Below are positions 1-9,464 of a DNA stretch of 64,000 nt, in pieces. The stretch lies in NCBI GenBank assembly GCA_035474195.1, contig DATINO010000080.1, positions 7,242 through 71,241 of the forward strand. Reading direction: 5' to 3'. The first letter of the stretch is position 1. Each line of letters opens with the position of its first letter. The translations under genes were made by a program, and so were the position numbers. The notes beneath the pieces were generated by a model. The model made no database searches. It had not been told where the DNA came from and saw only the letters and a list, made by a program, of their open reading frames with translations. This DNA comes from Gaiellaceae bacterium (GTDB lineage Bacteria; Actinomycetota; Thermoleophilia; Gaiellales; Gaiellaceae).

Positions 1-870
1 CTCGCGACGTACCCCGTGCTGAACCCGATCCTGCGCCAGAAGCGAATCGAGTCGATGCTCGGGGTCCCGCTCCTGATCGGGAACAGCGCGATCGGCGTCA
101 TTCACGTCGGCACCCTCGTTCCACGCCGGTTCACCGCCGACGACGTCGAGTTGTTGCAGCTCGTCGCGCAGCGCGTTGCTCTTGCGATCGAGCGCGCGCA
201 ACTTCACGACCAGACGAGGCAGTTCGACCAGCTGAAGCTGAACTTCGTCGCGATCGCCTCGCACGAGTTGCGCACGCCGGCGGCGTCGATCTACGGCGCG
301 CTGGCCACGCTCGTCCAGCGGCTCGAGCTCCCGACCGAGACGCGCGACGAATTGATCGAGATGGCGTACCGGCAGTCCGACCGGATGCGGCGGCTGATCG
401 AGCAGCTACTCGACCTCTCCCGTCTCGACGCAAGCGCGATCAGCGTCGTTCCGCGGCCGATCGTGCTCTCTAGCGTTCTCGGCGAGATCGTGTCCGGGGC
501 CGTGTCCCCGGGCCTGCATGTCGACATCGACGTTCCAACGGATCTCGCCGTGGTCGCAGACCCACTCGTGCTCGAACGCGTCATCACCAACTTGCTCACG
601 AACGCGGTCCGCCACGGTGCGCCGCCGATCCGCCTCAGCGCGCTGCGCAAGGACACGAGCCTGCGGATCTTGGTCGAGGACTCCGGCGCCGGCGTGCCCG
701 AGGACCTGCGCGACGGGTTGTTCGACCGGTTCACTCGCGCGGACGCAGGAATCGGCAGCGGCCTCGGCCTGGCGATCGCGCGCGCCTACGCACAGGCAAC
801 GGGCGGCGAGCTCTTCTACCGCGAGGGCACGCCCGGTGCGCGGTTCGAGCTGATCATCCCTCAGGACTAG
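1..870 (+). CDS. sensor histidine kinase, C-terminal part (end of GAF-like domain + HisKA + HATPase_c); 5' end lies outside the window
   Basis: Frame is open from base 1. H-box IASHELRTP, N-box NLLTNAVRHG, G1 VEDSGAGVP, G2 GSGLGLAIA. Stop at 868-870. Confidence 0.9.
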   Translation, partial: LATYPVLNPILRQKRIESMLGVPLLIGNSAIGVIHVGTLVPRRFTADDVELLQLVAQRVALAIERAQLHDQTRQFDQLKLNFVAIASHELRTPAASIYGALATLVQRLELPTETRDELIEMAYRQSDRMRRLIEQLLDLSRLDASAISVVPRPIVLSSVLGEIVSGAVSPGLHVDIDVPTDLAVVADPLVLERVITNLLTNAVRHGAPPIRLSALRKDTSLRILVEDSGAGVPEDLRDGLFDRFTRADAGIGSGLGLAIARAYAQATGGELFYREGTPGARFELIIPQD

Positions 871-1346
871 TCGTATTGCAGGCGGAGAACGAGCAACTTG
901 CTCTGCGTCCCGTCGCCGGCGGACAGCGTGTAGGTGCCCTTGACGCCGGCGAACGTGCCCGACCCGTCGACGACAGCGATGGCGATGCCGCCGTGCCGCG
1001 GCAGTTGTTTCGCTTTGCCGGAGTATTCGAGGACTCCCCCCGGGAGCTTGACGCCGCCGACGTACCGGGCGCCGTGCGAGAACCCGACCTCGGCACCGAC
1101 CTTCGCGCCGGCCGGCTTCCCGAACTGAGGCGTCGCGTTCAGCAGCTGGCTCGTCCACGAGCGCTTCTTCCCGCTCGGGTGGTCGGACGTCTGGATCCAG
1201 ACCAGGCGGATCACCTGCGCGCGCGTTTCGGAGCCCGCTGACGGCACGGTGATGCCGAAGGCCGCCGCAGCCGTGAGCAGAAGCAGGGCGACCCTGGTCT
1301 TCTGATGCACAGGCGATTCATCGGCACCGGGCTCGTCGAAGACCAT
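867..1346 (-). CDS. secreted hypothetical protein (weak dirigent/allene-oxide-cyclase-like beta-barrel signature)
   Basis: 159-aa ORF with a signal-like segment RVALLLLTAAAAFG. The C-terminal VVDGSGTFAGVKGTYTL resembles that barrel family only loosely. Start is ATG 1346 or GTG 1310. Confidence 0.55.
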   Translation of the reverse strand: MVFDEPGADESPVHQKTRVALLLLTAAAAFGITVPSAGSETRAQVIRLVWIQTSDHPSGKKRSWTSQLLNATPQFGKPAGAKVGAEVGFSHGARYVGGVKLPGGVLEYSGKAKQLPRHGGIAIAVVDGSGTFAGVKGTYTLSAGDGTQSKLLVLRLQYD

Positions 1347-1373
1347 GCCCTCTTATGAGGATCACGCTCAGGC

Positions 1374-4106
1374 CTAGACGCTTGTCGCGATCGTCCGCGC
1401 GAGGTCGATCACGTCGGTCTCGGCGAGGAGCGTCCCGGCGGCGACCGACGCAGCGGCGAGCGCCGCCCGCGTCCGGGAGTACAGCCGCTGCTCGTTCGGC
1501 TTCATCGCGGCGCCGATCGAAGCGAGCATCGCGTCGATGCCGCGGAGCAGCACGGCCGCGTCGTCGAGTCGGTCGCGTTCGCGTGCGAGTGCCGCGATCC
1601 CGATCACGCACCAGGCCACGTCCTCGGGATCTCCGACCTCCTCCGCGAGGTCGAGGCTCTCGGCGAAGCACGCGCCGGCGCGTTCCAGGCTCGACTCTTC
1701 GAGCGCGACCGCACCGACGTTGTAGAGCGCGCGCGCGACGTTCGCCGTGTCGCCGAGCTCGCGCATCACCGCGAGGCTGCGCTCGAAGTGCACCGCGGCG
1801 AGCCGGAGCTCGCCCTGGCTGAGCGCGAGATCGCCGCGATTGTTCTCCGCGAGCGCGAGCAGGCGTCTGTCGCCGACCTTCTCGCAACGCTCGATGCACT
1901 CGTCGAGAGTTGATGCGGCATTCAGGAAATCGCCCTCGGCGTGGAAGATCGCGCCGAGATTGCTGAGCGCGCGCGCCACGCCTTCGTCGTCTACGAGCGC
2001 GCGGTACTGGGACAGTGCGGCTTCGGCGAGCTCGCGGGCGACGGCGTAGTCGCCGTGGATCACGGCCAGAGCGGAGCGCACCCGAAGCGCCTTTGCACTC
2101 GCGGGATCGACGATGCCGTCGTTGTGCTCGAGCGCCCGGCCGAGACGTGTCATGCCCTCGGCGATGTGGCCGCGCAGGTACCAGAAGCGCCCGAGGGAGG
2201 CGGCGAGCCGAAGCTCCGGATGGGCGTCGTTCAACTCTCCGAGGCGGTCGAGCGCCGCGCGCAGGTTGTCGTGCTCCTGGTCGAGGCGCGCCAGCCACCG
2301 CCCCTGCTCGGGTCCCGAGAGATTCGGCTCGGCGGCGGCGGCGAGCTCGCCGAAGTAGGCCGCATGCCGGCGCCAGCGCTCCTCGACGTTCGCGTTCTTC
2401 TCGACCACGTAGTCACGGACGGACTCGAGCAGCCGGTAGCGACCACCTGCCGCGTGCACCAGGCTCGCATCGACGAGCGACGCGAGCGAGGCGAGCGTGG
2501 GAGGGCCGACGACCGCCTCGAATGCCTCGAGGTCGAAGCTGCCCACGAACGGCGCCAGCGCGAGCAGCACCTCGCGGTCGTCCGGAACGAGTAGCTCGTA
2601 GCTCCAATCGATCGCCGCTCGCAGCGAGCGGTGCCGCGCCGCCGCGTCGCGGGCGCCGCTCGCGAGCGTCATCCGATCGCCGAGGCGGTTGAGCAGATCG
2701 GCCGGCGCAAGTGTGCGGAGCCACGAGGCGGCGAGCTCGATCGCGAGCGGTGAGCCTTCGAGCTTCGAGCAGATGGAGTCAATCGCGGCGTCGGCCGACG
2801 TGAACGTCGCCGGCGGGACGCCTGCCTGGTCGGCCTTGCGGAGAAGCAGCGCGCGCGCGTCGTCGGGCTCGAGCGGCGGCACCGTGACGACGGTCTCACC
2901 GGCGATGCGCAGGACCGTCGTGCTCGTCACGAGCATCTTCAGCTCGGGCGCGTGCCGGAGGACCTCCGCGACGTCGGGCGCCGCGGCCAGAAGGTGCTCG
3001 AAGTTGTCGAGGATGACGAGCGCGTGCAGCGATCCGACCGCGTCCCCGACCGAGGCGAGCCACGTTTGCTCGGCTTGCTCGCGCACACCGAGCGCTCGGC
3101 CGAGCGTCGGCACGACGAGCGCCGGATTCGTGAGTGCGGCGAGCTCGACGAAGTACACGCCGTTTGCGAACGAGCCCTCGAGGCGCCGCGCGACCTCGAG
3201 CGCGAGTCGCGTCTTGCCGATCCCGGTCGGGCCGACGAGCGTGACGAGCGACTCGGGCGAGGACAGCAGTCGCCGGCGCAGCGCTTCGATCTCGGCGTCT
3301 CTCCCGATCGTTGCCGTCGCCGGGAGCGGGGGCGAGGGCTCGCGCGCCGACGGAAGGGGCGTGTCGGAGTCGAGTGTCGGGTCGCGCCGGTGGATGCGCT
3401 GTTCGAGCTCACGGAGCTCATCGGAAGGCTCGAGGCCGAGCTCGTCGACGAGGTAGCGCCTCCCCTCGCGGTAGACGGCGAGTGCCTCGGCCTGCCGATC
3501 GTCGCGGTACAGCGCGAGCATCAACAGACGTCGCGGGCCTTCCCGGAGCGGGTGCTCGGCGACGACCTGCTGGAGGTCGGGCAGGGCCTCCGTGGTCCGT
3601 CCGAGCTCGAGGGCTGCGGCGGCCCACAGCTCGATCGCCTGGAGCCGTAGCTCGTCCAGGCGCCCCACTTCGAGCAGCGCGAAGGGCTCGTCGACGAGAT
3701 CCGCGAGCGCCGGTCCACGCCACAGCCCGAGCGCCTCGCTGTACAGGGCCGCGGCGAGCTCGTGGTTGGTTGCTGCGGCGGCCTTGGCGCCGCGGGCGAG
3801 GAGCCGCTCGAAGATGTCGACGTCCAGTTCGCCCGGCTCGACGCGGAGCGCGTAACCGCCGTCGGAACGCGTCACGCGGCCGTCGGGCAAGACGCGTCTG
3901 ATCTGCGAGACGTAGAGCCGCAGGAGACTCGCCGCCGACGCAGGCGGGTCGTCACCCCAGAGCGCAGCGATCAGCGAGTCGACGGAGGCGGAGTTGCCCC
4001 GGCGGAGCAGCAGCGCCGCGATGAGCGCCTTGTGCCGGCGCGCGGTCACCCGAACGTCGACGCGTTCGCTCATCACGCGCAAAGGGCCGAGCACCCCGAA
4101 CTCCAC
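1374..4106 (-). CDS. SARP/AfsR-family transcriptional regulator (OmpR-type winged helix + BTAD + NB-ARC ATPase + TPR)
   Basis: N-terminus VEFGVLGPLRV...ALWGDDPP (SARP DNA-binding), then a BTAD segment (LWRGPALADL...LYRDDRQAEALAVY), P-loop LVGPTGIGKTRLA and a long TPR-like C-terminus. The track ORF runs to 4220. I prefer GTG 4106, directly before the conserved N-terminus. Confidence 0.85.
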   Translation of the reverse strand: MEFGVLGPLRVMSERVDVRVTARRHKALIAALLLRRGNSASVDSLIAALWGDDPPASAASLLRLYVSQIRRVLPDGRVTRSDGGYALRVEPGELDVDIFERLLARGAKAAAATNHELAAALYSEALGLWRGPALADLVDEPFALLEVGRLDELRLQAIELWAAAALELGRTTEALPDLQQVVAEHPLREGPRRLLMLALYRDDRQAEALAVYREGRRYLVDELGLEPSDELRELEQRIHRRDPTLDSDTPLPSAREPSPPLPATATIGRDAEIEALRRRLLSSPESLVTLVGPTGIGKTRLALEVARRLEGSFANGVYFVELAALTNPALVVPTLGRALGVREQAEQTWLASVGDAVGSLHALVILDNFEHLLAAAPDVAEVLRHAPELKMLVTSTTVLRIAGETVVTVPPLEPDDARALLLRKADQAGVPPATFTSADAAIDSICSKLEGSPLAIELAASWLRTLAPADLLNRLGDRMTLASGARDAAARHRSLRAAIDWSYELLVPDDREVLLALAPFVGSFDLEAFEAVVGPPTLASLASLVDASLVHAAGGRYRLLESVRDYVVEKNANVEERWRRHAAYFGELAAAAEPNLSGPEQGRWLARLDQEHDNLRAALDRLGELNDAHPELRLAASLGRFWYLRGHIAEGMTRLGRALEHNDGIVDPASAKALRVRSALAVIHGDYAVARELAEAALSQYRALVDDEGVARALSNLGAIFHAEGDFLNAASTLDECIERCEKVGDRRLLALAENNRGDLALSQGELRLAAVHFERSLAVMRELGDTANVARALYNVGAVALEESSLERAGACFAESLDLAEEVGDPEDVAWCVIGIAALARERDRLDDAAVLLRGIDAMLASIGAAMKPNEQRLYSRTRAALAAASVAAGTLLAETDVIDLARTIATSV

Positions 4107-4235
4107 GGCTCTGCAAATCCTATGCGTCGGCGCCCGACACTCGGTGGGCATGGACCTAGAAGGAGGAGATCGGATGAAACTCGACGTGCTCGCCGGCTCG
4201 TGGAATTGCCACGGCGTCATCTACAAGGCGCCGTG

Positions 4236-5012
4236 ATGCTGCGCGACTTCGCAGAGAACCCGGGTCTCTACCTGAGCTGGGATGACGGCGGCAAGGTCAC
4301 GCGCCATCTCAGCGATCGCATGTGTGTCGTCACCGGGCCGTCGTTTGGAGTCGTCACATCGATCAAGACCGTCGAGGGGGAGATTTCGAGGATGCTCGAC
4401 GAGGTCCGCGAGCTCATTGCGGCGGGCGTGAAGACGGACTGGTACCTCGGTCCTTCGACACGCCCGGCGCGGCTCGCGGAGGAGCTGATCGCACTTGGGC
4501 TCCGGGTGCCCGACGACGGCAGCGAGCTGCTCGATGCGCTCCTGCTCGACCACGAGCCCGACGGCCTGCCCGCCGATGTCGAGACGTACGAGGTCGCGAC
4601 GATGACGGACTTCACGGACGCCGCGGAGGTGCGCTGGGAAGCGTTCGGACTGCCCGAGGACGAGCGTGAGCACAACCGCGGCTTCCTCGCGGCCTACTAC
4701 GAGGAGCACCTACGGACGCAGGCCCGCTCGACCGTCGCGTTCGTCGCGAGGGTCGACGGGCGAGTCGCGGGATCCGCGAGCGCGCTGCTGTCGGACCGCG
4801 GCCTGTTCCTGGTCGGAGGTGCGACTGCTCCGTGGGCGAGAGGCCGCGGGGTCTACCGGGCGCTCGTCGGTGCGCGCTGGCGCTACGCAGTCGAGCGTGG
4901 CACTCCGGCCCTCACCGTTCATGCGATCTCCACCACGTCGTCGCCGATCCTTCGGCGCATCGGCTTCCGCGAGGTCTGCACGATGCGCCACCTCGAAGGC
5001 ACGCCGACCTGA
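4236..5012 (+). CDS. GNAT-family N-acetyltransferase
   Basis: C-terminal acetyl-CoA motif WARGRGVYRALVGARWRYAVERG. The ATG at 4236 is in frame within the 3762..5012 ORF; the upstream part is Arg-rich and non-protein-like. Confidence 0.75.
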   Translation: MLRDFAENPGLYLSWDDGGKVTRHLSDRMCVVTGPSFGVVTSIKTVEGEISRMLDEVRELIAAGVKTDWYLGPSTRPARLAEELIALGLRVPDDGSELLDALLLDHEPDGLPADVETYEVATMTDFTDAAEVRWEAFGLPEDEREHNRGFLAAYYEEHLRTQARSTVAFVARVDGRVAGSASALLSDRGLFLVGGATAPWARGRGVYRALVGARWRYAVERGTPALTVHAISTTSSPILRRIGFREVCTMRHLEGTPT

Positions 5013-5055
5013 GGAGAGAGCCCCAGCGGCGACCCGGCGCGCATAGGCTGCCGAC

Positions 5056-5979
5056 GTGGGTCGCCGAATCCTGCTCGTCTGGAATCCCGCCTCGACGGAG
5101 GTGACCGCGGAATCGACCGGGTCGGTGCTCGCGCAGCTCGCCGAGCGCCTCGAGGTCGTTGCCATGCACACGCTCGACGCAGGCGACGGCGTGCGCCTGG
5201 GGCGTCTGGCGGCGGACGAGGGATTCGACGCGGTCTTCGTCCTCGGCGGCGACGGGACCGCGAACGAGGTGGTGAACGGCGCCGACGGCCGGGTTCCGAT
5301 CGGCGTGCTGCCTGCAGGCGGGACGAGCGTGTTGCCGCGCGTGCTCGGTCTGCCGCGTGACCTCGACGAGGCTGTTGTGCGGCTCTGCGACGCACTCGAC
5401 GAGGGGAGCGAGCGTTCGATCTCGCTCGGCAAGCTGAACGACCGCTGCTTCACGTTCGCTGCCGGCATCGGTGTCGACGCGGAGATCGTCAAGCGGATCG
5501 ACGAACGTGGTCGCGGCGGCGACAGCGCCGACGATTCGTCGCGGCCGGGAGACCTGTGGTTCGTCCGTGAAGCGATCGGCGTCCTGCTCGCAGGCGACTA
5601 CGCCGAGGCGATGATTCACGTCGAAGTGCCGGGAAAGCCCGACATCCACGCGGCAACCCTGTTCGTCGCCAACTGCAGCCCGTGGAGCTTCGCCGGCCCG
5701 GTTCCGCTCGACGTTGCCCCCGACGCATCGTTCGAAGGCGGCTTCGATCTGGTCGCGGTCGACGCGATCGAGTTGCGCTCGGCTCCCGGGCGCCTCGCGT
5801 CGCTCCTGCACCGAAAGGACAACGCCGAAGACGAGGGCGTCGAGCGTCTGCACAATCTCAAGCAGGCGACCGTTCGCTGCGACCGGCCGCTTCCGGTTCA
5901 AGTGGACGGGGAGTTGATCGGTGAGCTGGACTCGTTGGAGTTGAGCGTCGTCCCGAACGCGGCCAGGCTCCTGATCTGA
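5056..5979 (+). CDS. diacylglycerol-kinase-family lipid kinase (YegS/BmrU-like)
   Basis: DAGK catalytic motif FVLGGDGTANEVVNG. ORF of 307 aa. Confidence 0.85.
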   Translation: MGRRILLVWNPASTEVTAESTGSVLAQLAERLEVVAMHTLDAGDGVRLGRLAADEGFDAVFVLGGDGTANEVVNGADGRVPIGVLPAGGTSVLPRVLGLPRDLDEAVVRLCDALDEGSERSISLGKLNDRCFTFAAGIGVDAEIVKRIDERGRGGDSADDSSRPGDLWFVREAIGVLLAGDYAEAMIHVEVPGKPDIHAATLFVANCSPWSFAGPVPLDVAPDASFEGGFDLVAVDAIELRSAPGRLASLLHRKDNAEDEGVERLHNLKQATVRCDRPLPVQVDGELIGELDSLELSVVPNAARLLI

Positions 5980-5983
5980 AGGC

Positions 5984-6484
5984 TCAGCCGGCGTCGGCGG
6001 TGTCCGGCACCGCCCGGCCGCCTGCCCGCAGCCGGCGCGCGACCAGCGCGTAGCGCTGCGCCCGCTCGGCGGCCTCTTCGACATGCCGCGCGATCATCAG
6101 GCACACCACCGCGGTCGGCAGCTCGGCCGTCACCGCCAGGACGACCGCGAACAGCCGGTCGTTGCCCGGGCCGGAGCTGAGCACGTCGAACCAGGCATCG
6201 CAGAAGAGCATCGTCGCGGTCGCTGTTGCCGTGCTCTGCACCCAGAGCCGCGAGCCGAGCAGGCCCGCTCCCGTCGCAACGAACAGTGAGGCGAGGACGA
6301 GATCGAATCCGCCCCAGGCGAGGTCGTAGTAGCCGGCCTGCAGATGCCTGCTCGGAAGGGTGGCGAAGAGGTACAGCGTCCAGGGGACGAGCCCGACGCC
6401 CGCGAGGAAGAAGAGCGGCGCCAGCCAGCCATGTGTGTGAACGATCGGCTCCGTCACGACCGTCCGGCGGCTTCCGATACCCAT
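5984..6484 (-). CDS. hypothetical integral membrane protein
   Basis: 166-aa ORF with about 4 hydrophobic helices (WLAPLFFLAGVGLVPWTLYLF, LVLASLFVATGAGLLG and others) and typical GC3-rich codons. Confidence 0.6.
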   Translation of the reverse strand: MGIGSRRTVVTEPIVHTHGWLAPLFFLAGVGLVPWTLYLFATLPSRHLQAGYYDLAWGGFDLVLASLFVATGAGLLGSRLWVQSTATATATMLFCDAWFDVLSSGPGNDRLFAVVLAVTAELPTAVVCLMIARHVEEAAERAQRYALVARRLRAGGRAVPDTADAG

Positions 6485-6602
6485 GTGAACCTCCGTGTGC
6501 TTGCCGCAGGAGCAACGGCGGCACCCGTTTTCGGGTTACGGGTGCGTAACCGCCGCAGCGTCGCCGACGTTCTGAGCTTGACCCCCCGGAAAGGATGCCT
6601 CC

Positions 6603-7415
6603 ATGGACGCCCAGCCGGCCATCAAGAGCGGTGGCGAGAAGGTCGTACGGAGCGGTGCGTTCGAATGGCTTTCGCGCGCAGGGTTCGCGGCGCGCGGAAC
6701 CGTCTACGTCACGGTCGGCGTCCTCGCGATCAAGTTGGCGCTCGGCAGCGGTCACAGGAACGCGAGCCAGGTGGGAGCGCTGCGCACGATTGCCAACCAG
6801 CCGTTCGGCAGCGTTCTGCTCATCCTGATCGCGGTCGGGCTCGGCGGCTACGCGGTCTGGCGGCTCGTGCGCGCGCTGCTCGGCCACGGGCCTGAAGGCT
6901 CCGACGGGGCTGTCGACCGCGTCGCCGGGTTCGCGAGCGGCGCCGTGTATGCGGGCTTCTCCGTGATTGCGGTCGAGATCCTTCGCGGGGGCGGCGGATC
7001 GGGGAGCGCCCGGAAGCCGACCGCCGGCGTGCTGGGGTGGCCGGACGGCACCTGGCTCGTCGGGGTCGTCGGCGTCGTCTTCGCCGGGGTCGGCCTCTAC
7101 CAGGCCTATCGCGGCATCAGCGGGGAGTTTCTCGACGACTCGAAAGTCGAGGAGATGAGCCCCCGTGTGCGCGCGTGGATCCAGCGGCTGGGCACGTTCG
7201 GATATCTGGCGCGCGCGGTCGTCTTCACGATGATCGGCATCTTCCTCGTCAGGGCGGCTCTCGACTTCGACCCGAAGAAGGCGGTCGGGCTCGACGGTGC
7301 GCTCGCCACGATCGACCATGCGTCGTACGGGCCGTTCCTTCTCGGGGTCACCGCTGTGGGACTGATCGCCTTTGGTGCGTACTCGCTGAGTGACGCCCGC
7401 TACCGACGCCTCTAG
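6603..7415 (+). CDS. DUF1206-like membrane protein
   Basis: Repeated pairs of TM helices with the pattern ARGxVYxxxGxLA (FAARGTVYVTVGVLAI, LARAVVFTMIGIFLV), characteristic of DUF1206. Confidence 0.7.
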   Translation: MDAQPAIKSGGEKVVRSGAFEWLSRAGFAARGTVYVTVGVLAIKLALGSGHRNASQVGALRTIANQPFGSVLLILIAVGLGGYAVWRLVRALLGHGPEGSDGAVDRVAGFASGAVYAGFSVIAVEILRGGGGSGSARKPTAGVLGWPDGTWLVGVVGVVFAGVGLYQAYRGISGEFLDDSKVEEMSPRVRAWIQRLGTFGYLARAVVFTMIGIFLVRAALDFDPKKAVGLDGALATIDHASYGPFLLGVTAVGLIAFGAYSLSDARYRRL

Positions 7416-8076
7416 GCACGGAGAATCTCAGGATCGGCCATCCGCGTTCGCGGGCGATCTTTCGCAGCTTCGCGTCGGGGTTGACGGCGGTGGGATGTCC
7501 CACTGCCTCGAGAAAGGCGAGGTCGGTATGAGAGTCGCTGTATGCGGTCGACAGCGTAAGGTCGATGCCGTCGCGGGCGGCGATCTCGCGCACGGCGTCC
7601 GCTTTCAGCGACCCGTAACACGGGCGAAGAGAGCGTCCCGTATAGACGCCCGACTCGATCTCGCAGGTCGACCCGACCGCGCCGTCGAATCCGAGGTCCT
7701 CGGCGATCTTCTCGACGATCTGTTGCAGTGACGCCGAGATGACATAGATCGGCTCTTCGCGCCCGTGGTGTGTCCGGGCGAGGTCGAGCGACTCGCAATA
7801 GACGAGCGGTCGCAGCACCTGTTCCATCGCCTCCGCGAGGAGATCGTCGACGGCGGCGACGGGTACGCCGCGCAAGAGGCGCATGCCGTCTTCGGCGGCG
7901 CGGCGCATCTCGCGCTCGCCGACTCCGCGGATGAGGAAGACGAGCTGCCAGAGCCCCGCGCGAACGAGGTCGCGGCGCCGAACGAGCCGCCGGCGGCGGA
8001 ACGAGTTGGCCAGTGCGAGCGGGGTCGCCCGGCTGATCAAGGTCCGGTCGAGATCGAAGAAGGCTGCGCCGTGCAT
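7348..8076 (-). CDS. HAD-IB family hydrolase (SerB-like phosphatase superfamily)
   Basis: Motif I FFDLDRTLI at the N-terminus and C-terminal YSDSHTDLAFLE (motif IV-like). The 3' end overlaps the convergent DUF1206-like gene. Confidence 0.8.
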   Translation of the reverse strand: MHGAAFFDLDRTLISRATPLALANSFRRRRLVRRRDLVRAGLWQLVFLIRGVGEREMRRAAEDGMRLLRGVPVAAVDDLLAEAMEQVLRPLVYCESLDLARTHHGREEPIYVISASLQQIVEKIAEDLGFDGAVGSTCEIESGVYTGRSLRPCYGSLKADAVREIAARDGIDLTLSTAYSDSHTDLAFLEAVGHPTAVNPDAKLRKIARERGWPILRFSVPRGVGSGRHSASTHQRRSVPQR

Positions 8077-8140
8077 GCGGGTGCAACGCGCGCTTCCGGT
8101 TCCGGGATACCCAACCCGGCCACCTCGAAGGCAGGCCGCT

Positions 8141-8650
8141 CTAGCGGGTGAGCGAATCGGCGCGGCGCGGCAGGATCCACCCGGGCCGCGGGAAGTGGCA
8201 CGTGTACCCGTTCGGGTAGTGCTCGAGATAGTCCTGATGCTCCGGTTCCGCCTCCCAGAACGGGCCGGCGGGCGTCACCTCGGTGACGACGCGGCCGGGC
8301 CAGAGGCTTGACGCCTCCACATCGGCGATCGTGTCCTCGGCGATCCGGCGCTGGTCGTCGTCGAGGTAGAAGATCGCCGAGCGGTAGCTCGTGCCGATGT
8401 CGTTTCCCTGCCGGTTCAGCGTCGTCGGGTCGTGGATCTGGAAGAAGAACTCGAGGATGTCGCGGTACGACGTCTGCGCCGGGTCGAACACGATCTCGAT
8501 CGCCTCGGCGTGGGTGCCGTGGTCGCGGTACGTCGCATTCGGCACGTCGCCGCCGGTGTAGCCGACCCGCGTCGAGACGACGCCGGGCCGTCTGCGGATC
8601 AGGTCTTGCATCCCCCAGAAACAGCCGCCTGCGAGAACTGCCCGCTCCAT
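8141..8650 (-). CDS. msrA: peptide-methionine (S)-S-oxide reductase
   Basis: [17 protein letters not shown] catalytic GCFWG motif, with full-length MsrA-like sequence after ATG 8650. The track ORF extends upstream to 8782 without protein-like sequence. Confidence 0.9.
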   Translation of the reverse strand: MERAVLAGGCFWGMQDLIRRRPGVVSTRVGYTGGDVPNATYRDHGTHAEAIEIVFDPAQTSYRDILEFFFQIHDPTTLNRQGNDIGTSYRSAIFYLDDDQRRIAEDTIADVEASSLWPGRVVTEVTPAGPFWEAEPEHQDYLEHYPNGYTCHFPRPGWILPRRADSLTR

Positions 8651-8703
8651 AGTCTCGAGTGTAGGGATCGACCGCCGAGTGGCGCTGGCAGGAAGATACG
8701 GGC

Positions 8704-9096
8704 GTGGCGCGCTTCCCGTTTCGGTTCGGTCCGCGGTACCGGCGCGTTGCGCGGCTGTTCGGCGTGACGCCTGATCTCGCATGGGTCGATGTCGGTGACG
8801 GCGAGCTCTCGGCTCGCTTCGGGCGATGGCGGGTGCGGACGCCTCTCGACAACATCGCGGGCGCCGAGGTCACCGGGCCGTATGCGTTCCTGAAGACTGC
8901 AGGCCCGGCGCGGCTCGCGGTCACCGACGGTGGTCTCACGTTCGCCACGAACGGCGACCGCGGCGTCTGCATCGCGTTTCGATCGCCGGTCGCGGGCATC
9001 GACCGGTCCGGACGCATTCGCCATCGAGAGCTCACGGTGACCGTTCTCGACGTCGACGGCCTCGTCGAGGCCCTTCGCGCAGCGTCTCGCGTCTAG
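8704..9096 (+). CDS. hypothetical protein
   Basis: 130-aa ORF with GC3-rich codons and balanced composition. No family recognised. Confidence 0.5.
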   Translation: MARFPFRFGPRYRRVARLFGVTPDLAWVDVGDGELSARFGRWRVRTPLDNIAGAEVTGPYAFLKTAGPARLAVTDGGLTFATNGDRGVCIAFRSPVAGIDRSGRIRHRELTVTVLDVDGLVEALRAASRV

Positions 9097-9300
9097 AGTG
9101 GCCCTCGGCGCGGACGCAGGTCGCGCGAGCAGCTCCTGGGAAGGCGAGCCTGCCTGACCAGGCCTTGGTCGGCGATCGGGATACTGGTCGTCGGGCTCTA
9201 TCTGTACCTCCTAAGGCGGGTCGGGTCCGAGCCGTGACGCCGACTGCGCCGCCTCGCCGCAACGGGTCTGCTGACACAGAGGGCTGACACAAAGGCGTCC

Positions 9301-9329
9301 CCGCCGCTCGACTTCGCTCGAAGCGGCGT
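9301..9329 (-). terminator. hairpin downstream of tRNA-Asp (candidate terminator)
   Basis: CCGCCGCTCGA / TCGA(A)GCGGCG forms a stem of about 10 bp with one bulge. On the minus strand it is followed by CCTTTGTGT. Confidence 0.4.
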
Positions 9330-9351
9330 GGAACTCAGTGCAACGAACGGA

Positions 9352-9425
<74 letters not shown>

Positions 9426-9464
9426 GGTTCGCGCGGCAGTGTAGCGAGCGATCATTCGTCTCAT

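Noticed and set aside
1318-2298. Long track ORFs with extreme Arg/Pro/Ala/Gly content. Examples: 1318..2298 (-), 2015..2692 (+), 18709..20148 (-), 20341..21684 (-), 29764..31221 (-), 33952..35721 (+), 35500..37623 (-), 52763..55315 (+), 56016..58136 (-).
   Set aside because: They lie antisense to, or out of frame with, genes that carry clear family motifs. Their composition (runs of R, P, A, G) is the usual artefact of stop-poor GC-rich DNA, and none shows a recognisable motif.
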